DNA from: Laetmonice hystrix | Taxonomy: Eukaryota | Assembly (NCBI GenBank): GCA_965235115.1 | Contig: OZ249436.1 | Coordinates: 44,642,001 to 44,706,000, forward strand | Length of the DNA: 64,000 nt | Reading direction: 5' to 3' | Shown here: piece by piece, positions 55,363 through 64,000 of the stretch | Layout: the number at the start of each line of letters is the position of its first letter | Numbering within the stretch: position 1 is the stretch's first letter | Made by a program: the position numbers and the translations under genes | Notes under the pieces: model-generated | Database searches by the model: none | The model's input: the letters and a program-made list of their open reading frames with translations, nothing else | Told to the model about the DNA's origin: nothing

Positions 55363-57433
55363 CATTGCCTCATTGACAAAGGGGGTTTGCCCCCGCTTGT
55401 CTGGTTATGTCAAACAGGGCAATTAAGGCACCTAACTCGCTGCTAAACAACTTCAGAAGTATAGCGACACCTTCGTCACCTTATGGTCAGATATAATCAT
55501 GCACCTTGCACAAAATAATATACAGAGCTGCTTGTAGCTCGGCATCAGAGGCGGGAAGGCTGGTGGCGCCCCCTACGGCTGAAACGAAAACGGTTTCAGC
55601 GCGAATACCAAACCCGGAAACAAGAGTCTCTGCTGTCACAACAGCGTCAAAATAATTCATTAAAATCTTCTTCATTTGGATTGACTCCTTCCAGTAGAAT
55701 GGGCCTCTATATTCTATAGGGTGAACATCACAACGTTATTCTTATGTTTACGCCGAATACGTAAATAATAAATAGGAAGTATCGGACACGGCAGACCCGA
55801 ACACAGGCAAACATAAATAATTCTTGGCCGTTTTCAAAGACATTTGCGTGAAGCTTGAATAAGAGACGAAGCGGAATGATCAAGGGTTAGTTGACAGTGG
55901 TCGAGAGTCGCTGAGCGCCGCCATAGGACAATTCGCAACCACTTAGTGCTGGATTAATATTTTACGGATCGTGAAGGGTCGGTAGTAAAGGACGGGTGTT
56001 AACTGGCAACGGAAAGATCAATGAGGCGTGTCCATGATCTCTGTATCATGCTAATTGAAAATTGTCATGGATGGTTGAATCTGGTTCACGACCACATCCT
56101 GGGAAGCGTGTCCGCGGCGTGAGCCAAGCAGGTGTCATTTATGGCTTTATTAAATGATACAGAACACAGGAGAGACCCTGCCCCACCCCACACCCACGGA
56201 TGGAGCCAAATGGTTATCCAAGACAATTTATACGCATGGCTAGCGATCTGAGGTAAAGGCAGATGGCGCCATTAGACCCCAATCTCCCATCTTATAAAAC
56301 GATATTATTCATAAACGTTTGTAAATTTATAAACATTTATAAATAGTCGTGCATTACTTTGAACAAAATCTAGAGGTCAATAGTCCTCAGACAATATAGA
56401 GTTAGCCTTTTATACAGCGAGGTTGAACCAGAACAGGGCAGGCCTACTCAATTCGAGAGCGGCAGTTCGGGCAAGAATTCTCGCATGCATCCCGGGGCCT
56501 GTGTCTCACATGCAAAGGTTCTCTTGTTTTTCTGTTTTATATATCCTTGACGACGACCTATGACCAAGAGATTATGCCCTATACCGGAAGTTGAGCGCGT
56601 GCAGTCCTGTCTGCCTCCTCCCACCTGGACAATAGGTAATTTCCTCTATAAACACAATGATAAGGCCTACAAGACTCAACGTTTCTTAACCGCCTCGAAG
56701 ACCTTTGATCCTGAACGATTCCGTCCCAAAGCCACTTGTCCCTGATGTGATATGCATAATGCATTTCACCGCACAAAGACGGCTTGAACTGATCGTGACG
56801 ATGGCTAGAAAAGTTGGCAAATATAAACGGTTTATTTGATTACAGAGGGATTGTGTTATTGGTGCCGCCACAACCAGGCTCGACATTGAAAACACTGACA
56901 TACGGCAGCAGTGATGCGCTTCTTTGACTGTTGCCCGATCCCAGCGGCTCGGTCGACGTGGCATATGGTGTTCTGTTAATAACAAGGTGTGCACTTTCAT
57001 AATTAATGATGGCTTTTAGTGGCGATTAGCCATACGACAAGTTTTCTATTGAGGAAAACCTGGTTGAGTAATCATACCTTGACGGCAGCATTAAAATGAG
57101 CATGAATTCCTAATTAAACGGACACATCATCGCATGCAAGGAAAGAATATGCCCATATGAAATTCTGTAAGTTTAGAACAATATTGGATATGTTAAAAAT
57201 AAAAATTATAGATTTCTATATCTCCATACTTTATCAAAACCAGTGAAGGCTTTAAGAAGTTACGGAGACTTTTGTATGTAAAGTGAGGGGATACGTTGAT
57301 CACTGAGGTGAACGGAATAGTTATTCATCCAGAACTATCCGGATGACATGTAACTTTCATGAATGATTACATCATACTTGGTGACCATGAAATAGTTCAT
57401 GACTTTATTTTTTTACATTTTATGATAATTATT

Positions 57434-57481
57434 TGGTGGTGGTGGTGGTGGTGGTGGTGGTGGTGGTGGGGGGGGGGGGGG
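57434..57481. repeat. (TGG)n microsatellite followed by poly-G
   Basis: Direct reading. Confidence 0.9.
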
Positions 57482-57817
57482 TTCAGCAAGGATGAGATGT
57501 CTCATGCGTCTCATGTCCTTCTGACTCTTCCATTCAGTTCTCAGACTAGAACAGGACCTCGATATACAAAATGTGCCATAGCTTCCGAATGGCTTGACTG
57601 ATATTAATGAGGTAAAGACTAGTTTCGAAATAAGACGATTTCCTCAATAAAAGAAAGAGCATGCAGATAATTATGGGGACCTGGTTCTGGGACATCATGG
57701 ATACCTTCGAGCACCCTTGAACACCTCAGTAATCATAATTATTGACCCGCCACTGAAGGTGTCCGTCCGCATTTTGCGTTGGCGGAACTCCTGCAGAGAG
57801 CTAACTCCCACTTAGTG

Positions 57818-57862
57818 GAAGAGAGAGAAAGAGAGAGAGAGAGTGAGAGAGAGAGTGTGAGT

Positions 57863-57893
<31 letters not shown>

Positions 57894-57919
57894 GAGAGAG
57901 AGTGAGAGAGAGTGTGTGA

Positions 57920-58000
<81 letters not shown>
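57818..58000. repeat. (GA)n/(GT)n compound microsatellite
   Basis: Direct reading. Confidence 0.95.
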
Positions 58001-58004
<4 letters not shown>

Positions 58005-58801
58005 AAATATAAGGGAGGAAAGAAAAGGGTGAAGGAAACATTTTGAGTAAAGCTGGGAATAACCCATGTATAATCTTCTTCTTATTGTATATCGTTTCTC
58101 CTATCATCAATTCAAGATTGGCTAACAAAATGGAAAAAGACTAAAGTTCCTTCGCTTCGCTTTTGAAGTTAAAACTAAGTTATAGGCACAGTTTTTTTTA
58201 GAAAGTAATGTCTTTCTTTCCTGAAAAGGTTAATGTGTCCGATATTGAAAAAGACTTAAAGGTCATTTGACGTTTCTATGAGGCGGAGGTGTCTTGAGGG
58301 AGGCGGTACAGTGGTTGAGTAGGGACGGGGTTTGGAGACGTCGATCACCTGGCCGTGGACGGCTCGGCTTGGCCCGGGACGACCGCTCACTGCCGTTCAA
58401 TGACCGTCTTGTACGACTACTCCGGGATTCAAGCTCTGTGCAAATCGTCAGGCGATTCCAATCAACTTCAGTCATTAGCTTTCAATCGTCACCCCAAAGC
58501 CTGCTTAAAACTCTGTGGGGTAGACACAAAAATTAGACCCGACGTTTTTATTCTCGCTGTGGGAGACGGTCGCGACAGAGGATCGCCAATAACAATGGTG
58601 GGAATATTGTCCGCACGGACTCGGCGTCCATTCCGGAGCTGTCCTCACATCTCGGCTGGCTAGCCTGCCCGTGCTATCGATCGGGGAGAGTAGTTTATGG
58701 TACCATAGTGGAAATAAACGGAGGGAGTTTAATGTCAAACACTTTGAGACACGCAATAAAATAGGTTGAAGTACTCTCGACGACATTATTGAAAGCCTTG
58801 C

Positions 58802-58913
58802 CCGGTCTCTGGTTCGTGAAGGGCGAGGATATGGGATGATGCTATGTCAGAGACACGGCCGGTCTCTGGTTCGTGAAGGGCGAGGATATGGGATGATGCT
58901 ATGTCAGAGACAC
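58802..58913. repeat. Tandem duplication, 57-bp period x2
   Basis: GGTCTCTGGTTCGTGAAGGGCGAGGATATGGGATGATGCTATGTCAGAGACAC at 58804 and 58861. Confidence 0.9.
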
Positions 58914-59559
58914 TGTGATACTGAGCGCCATGTAAGTGAAACAGGCAGGGCTGCTTGAATTATGCTGACGGTGACAAGAAACGTTAGTAATGGGTGAATA
59001 CCATTATAAACGTGTGAGGTAATACAAACTGCCTCCGTGCCATAACGTACGAGATGGGAGAGATGTTGAATGGTCAATGCAACCAGAAAAATGGTATAAT
59101 AAAAAGGATGTGGCTTCAGAATATTGATAGGTGCTTCATCTGAAAAGTAATTTTCTTAGCATCATTTTAAGATTCGATTTCGATTATTATCCATGCAAGG
59201 GAGGTGCTGTATACTATGACTTTTATTCTCTTTTGTATAAAATACAAAGTTAAGGAAGCAAAACATAATATTTATAATTACAATGGACCTGTCGACAACC
59301 CTGAAGGTTGTCACTCGTCCTAAAACGAGTAATAGATTATTAACTTGGGAACGTTGCAGTATAGCGTACATACTTGTACTACTCTGCATGCGTATATGCG
59401 AGAACTTCAGAAACTTCTGCGGAAGTTGTATCTCCTGGCTGAAGTCATTAGATGCCCAACGAGTAAGGCGATCGCCCTTGCGGCGTCAAGGAGATATTTA
59501 AGGTGAGAATCTACTGTGATTTCGAGGTTAAAGGACGACCCCCATTCCGTGAATCCGCT

Positions 59560-59841
59560 ACGGAGGTCGTGCAAATGTGACCGAGTGACGGAGATCGGGC
59601 AAATGTGACCAAGTGACAGAGGTCGTGCAAATGTGACCGAGTGACGGAGACCTGGCAAATGTGACCGAGTGACGGAGATCGGGCACATGTGACCGAGTGA
59701 CGGAGATCGGGCAAATGTGACCGAGTGACGGAGATCGGGCACATGTGACCGAGTGACGGAGATCGGGCACATGTGACCGAGTGAGGGAGATCAGGCAAAT
59801 GTGACCGAGTGACGGAGATCGGGCACATGTGACCGAGTGAC
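59560..59841. repeat. Minisatellite, 28-bp unit, about 10 copies
   Basis: GCA(A/C)ATGTGACCGAGTGACGGAGATCGG repeated. Confidence 0.92.
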
Positions 59842-60105
59842 CTTCCCTCTTTGAATTAAACTCGCTCGTATGACAAGGACAGTCGCCGTGGAAAGCTCGA
59901 CCGAGAATATAGGCCTAATCGCCGGAAGATAATTTTTCCAAGGGGGACTGAAGTCAGCCTAGGCTTACTGGGGCACTGTTCTGGCCCACTGATTGACAAA
60001 ATAGGCTGCTAGGCTGGGCTGAATGGGTTTCAGCCGAGGGGGCGGGGGCGGGGATCACGTGGGGGGGGGGGAAGAGCAAAGTGAAACGGAACCGAATTAA
60101 CGGTC

Positions 60106-60177
60106 TTGGGGCGTGGGGCGTGGGGCTTGGGGCTTGGGGCTTGGGGCTTGGGGCTTGAGGCTTGGGGCTTGGGGGCT
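60106..60177. repeat. (GGGGCTT)n heptamer repeat, G-quadruplex-prone
   Basis: About ten GGGGC(G/T)T units. Confidence 0.88.
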
Positions 60178-62266
60178 AGCTAAGAACCCTAAATAAACCT
60201 TTCCTTGAGGGCATAGGCCTAATTCGAACCTGCCCCCTTGGCGTAAACCCAAATCTGCCCCTGTTATAGTAATACTAATATTTATGTTTTCATGTTATAT
60301 TCAAAAAAACAAACTTGAAAGTATAATGAAGTGCTTGGCTCAAGGTCAATTACATATAAGTATAAGGTTTCTATACGGAGAATGACCAGGCACGGATCCA
60401 GGGGGCACGTGTCCTCTATTATTAAGGTCTTTAACACATGGCCGTAGCCTGAAGGGGGCCAAGGGGGGCAACTGACCCCTAGGATTTCCAGTTAAAAAAA
60501 ATTGACCCTGATATTGACACCTGGGGGGCGTTTGACTAAGCCCGAAAGACGTCTTTGAACTGGTCGCTGAGCCAAAGAGGTCTTTGCGGCGACGTGTGTT
60601 TCAGTTAAGTCAGGATGGACAGGACAAACATCTTTTAGACAAATTCACCGTCATATCTTTGTCAGGTATCTCACCTGACCTGTTTGAACTTTCTCTTCTC
60701 TCCGTGTCAGGATCTACTGACCATAACCCCCGCCACACCGCCACCCAAAATGCAACATACTTTAAAGGAACTCCTTTTATTTTCAACCGTTTGGCTAATT
60801 CTATTGGGCAATAAATGGGCACGAGTGGTTGTTTTCTATTGACCTTCCGTGTAAAGGCCAGTTTTACCATCGCCAGCGCGAGTCTGAGGTGTTCAGCTGG
60901 GGCAAGCTTCTAAAGGCATTGTCTTCTGCCGTTCTGCAAGAGATTGATTAAAGAATATGGCATTTCGTAAAAAAAAGTTAGGTGATCCTTTCTTTCATGG
61001 GATTTAGTAGGGCTGAAACGATACACTTGTGCCACGATAAGTTACGTATCACGATACAACAAACGATACGATATATCTCACGATAGTTTTCCAGTTGTAT
61101 AGTATACTTGATTTATGCTTAGACTGCCACAGAGAATCGGGACTCAGAAGCTTGGGTCAAAATACTGTGTAATGTATTGTGAGCTATTCCAGCGACCGAT
61201 TGCACCTGAGGAATCAAGTTCTGGGACTAGAGTGTCTCAGGACACTTTTTATTATCACTTGTATCGAGCTGAGAGTAACTAAAAATTCAGAGTACTAAAA
61301 AAAGGGGAACTGATCCTGGAGACTTGGTCCAAGTCCTATACCGTTCGAAGATCTGGCGTCTGGAGAACACACGATAGTCCATTGAGAGTCAACTGATTTG
61401 GGACCTTGCCGCAGATTGAGCCCACTGACGGGGTACGGGTTGTATTGCTACATCCCTTTAGAAGAGTTGTGTCACACTTATCGCCGAGTTACACCCTCAC
61501 CTCTCCAAGTGGACACATACCAACCGATAAAACTCTTCGCACTGTCAGGTTTTCAACAGCTTCTGTTTCCAGACTACGACCGAACGTGGAGACCGGCGCC
61601 TCGCTGTTCCCTACATTACTACAGTGGTGGTAATTGCATCCCCCTCCAGGTCGAGGACCACAGAAAGGGTGTGGACATACACTCAACATTATGCTAGGAT
61701 AAAAACAGAGTTCCGGCAAAATTAGAAGTATTCAAGTACTACAAGTCTTAGGTAAAGATTAAAAGCAAATTTTGATTGACATTTTACGTCTGTAAAATTT
61801 GTTTTAGTGAACATAAAAAGATACACTTGTGTATGTTGAAAACCACCCAGCAAAATTGCGACGTGAGCGCCCTCTCTAATCACGTGAGCATGTCTTGATA
61901 CCTATTTGATATGCAAATAAGAGTGCCAGTCGTAGGGACAGACTATTATTAGACGCTCTATTGTTTGGGTCTGTTGTTTTGCCACTCATCACTGACGTGT
62001 GAAGAAATGTCTTTGCCTTTGCCTGCATGAAACATCGAACAGGCCTATGTGGATCTATACGTATATTTAGCCATCAGGTGTGAAGCTTGCTTTTAGGAAA
62101 GTATGGGCGCAGTGAAATACCCGCAACCACCAGAGCTGCAACGCCATGCTACAGGGTCGGGTACATAGGCCTACTCTCCCACCCAAAAGAAATTGAAAGA
62201 AAAGTTCATTTCCCTACATTCTGTGAACACCAATGTACAATTTCCTGGTGTCGAACTATCACATGT

Positions 62267-62392
62267 GGCCGTAGCCTGCGGGGGGGGGGGGGGCAAGGGG
62301 GGAAACTGCCCCCTGGGATTTCCATTTTTTGTAACCCAGACTTCCAGCTCGACTGGCGCCCCCCTGGGATTTTTGGGCAGGCTACGGCCCTG
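62267..62392. mobile_element. Small TIR element (GGCCGTAGCCTGC ... GCAGGCTACGGCC); partial copy near 60440
   Basis: 13-bp perfect inverted termini; the left part is shared with 60440-60490. Confidence 0.65.
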
Positions 62393-63630
62393 CTTTAACA
62401 CTATAGTGTACGCCCCTATAGAACGTTTGCCCGTTGAGGAGCACTTGTGTACCCCTTACCCGTTCTGAATTCGTCCTTGCTGGCTGTGGCTAAGGTTTGG
62501 TTGTCGTGAGTTGCACGTCGTACTTCCCGTCCCTGCCTTGATTAGATATAACGTAAAAAGCGCGTGTATTGTGACGCGGCGTCACCCTGAAAGCGCGCCG
62601 CGTCGGACGCCGTGAATCAAAGCAAGCAGACAACACAGTCAAATATTGCTTTGCGCTTCTGTGACACGCGAGGTGCACTCACTTGGCCCCCGAACCCGCA
62701 CCTTTACTCAACCTGAAGCTAATCAAACAACATATTAATAAACGTAACATGCCACCTTGCTGACGATGACCCCAGCAGGGGCGGTAGCGTCGCGTTCATT
62801 GTTAAAACATGTGGAGGTCACATCCTCATTGAGAATCGAGGGAATTACAGGACGCTTTATACAAGAAGCGTTTCTAGATGAAGAAAAACTACTTAGGCCT
62901 AGAGAGAAACAAGTATTATGTGTTATGGTGGGGGCTATTGGAGGGTTATTGTTGCAATTCTAAATACGACCCATTTGTTATAATATTTCAAGACAAAGTG
63001 TAAAGTGATATCAACTATTCCAGAAAGCACTAAGCTATGTTGCACATCCAAATCAGCAAGAATTCTACAAAATATGAAATCCGCTAACAAAGCCGTGCGG
63101 AACAAGCGTTGGTATCTTGTCGAAAATAATTCGTCCTTGCAGGCCGCATGTCATATTGCGTGTAGACGTACGCTTTCCGAAGATTAATTATACCAATGAG
63201 ATTTTTCCCTGTTGATTGGAAGAACGATCACGTTTCGTCGGTGAGCAATCAGCGACTGCCATGTGTAGTCAGATATCAAAAAGTACGGAGACAACAGGCG
63301 ATCTTTGCTGAGGTATAGAACGGGCATTCCATTGACGGGTAGCCTGACTGATTGCTGACTATAGGCTGCCCCCGCCCGGCCCTTGAATGAAGGTAAATGG
63401 AGCCTCAAAGGTCGTAAACAAAACCGACGACTAGAAATACAGCTGCCATGTCCCGATGGGAGAGAAATACCTTTAATCTGGCAACATGCAATGTCAAGAT
63501 GGAGTACTGGGCAAGCTATTGTCATGTTTCGGTTAGTTTCAAAAGGGAGAAGGCAGGATCTATTGGTTTAAACGATTTACATAATGATGTGTCGTGTCGA
63601 AGTCAGATTAATGAAAACTTATTATCATGT

Positions 63631-64000
63631 GCTGTAGGTGCTATATGTCTGTGCTCATTGTGTATGTGTGTCTGTCGGTCTATGTACGCTGTAGGTGCTA
63701 TATGTCTGTGCTCATTGTATATGTGTGTCTGTCGGTCTATGTACGCTGTAGGTGCTATATGTCTGTGCTCATTGTGTATGTGTGTCTGTCGGTCTATGTA
63801 CGCTGTAGGTGCTATATGTCTGTGCTCATTGTGTATGTGTGTCTGTCGGTCTATGTACGCTGTAGGTGCTATATGTCTGTGCTCATTGTGTGTGTGTCTG
63901 TCGGTCTATGTACGCTGTAGGTGCTATATGTCTGTGCTCATTGTGTATGTGTGTCTGTCGGTCTATGTACGCTGTAGGTGCTATATGTCTGTGCTCATTG
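63631..64000. repeat. Minisatellite, 57-bp unit, at least 6 copies, runs off the window
   Basis: GCTGTAGGTGCTATATGTCTGTGCTCATTGTGTATGTGTGTCTGTCGGTCTATGTAC repeated. Confidence 0.93.

Noticed and set aside
57739..58128. SLSLSL ORFs
   Set aside because: Translation of a (GA)n microsatellite.
61320..61740. Coding-looking Cys-containing stretch on the minus strand
   Set aside because: Interrupted by stops and not assignable to any family I recognise; needs blastx.

Overview
Eukaryotic (invertebrate animal-like) genomic DNA with spliced genes; no prokaryotic operons, CRISPR arrays or rRNA/tRNA genes were recognised. Three genes can be built exon by exon. (1) The 3' end of a NEDD4-family HECT E3 ubiquitin ligase (+, last 8 coding exons, 68-5302). 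(2) A complete GATAD2/p66 NuRD subunit (-, 3 coding exons, 14430-17714, 681 aa). (3) A complete MAU2/Scc4 cohesin-loader subunit (-, 18 coding exons, 43709-51905, 602 aa) with an 18-nt microexon followed by a U12-type intron. The rest is introns, UTRs and intergenic DNA rich in minisatellites and non-autonomous TIR elements (Harbinger-, Kolobok- and hAT-like MITEs). The most unusual signal is a set of tandem repeats seeded on exon-intron junctions. There are 28 copies of a NEDD4 3' splice site (27 decoys, each leading to an in-frame stop), 8 copies of a MAU2 5' splice site in 51-bp units (4 extras in frame), and a two-copy duplication of the next MAU2 donor. Other notable points are the MAU2-GATAD2 tandem order matching human chr19, a near-perfect 155-bp palindromic MITE, and strong clustering of the palindrome TAGGCCTA outside gene bodies. 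Coordinates and counts were read by eye and may be off by a few bases.
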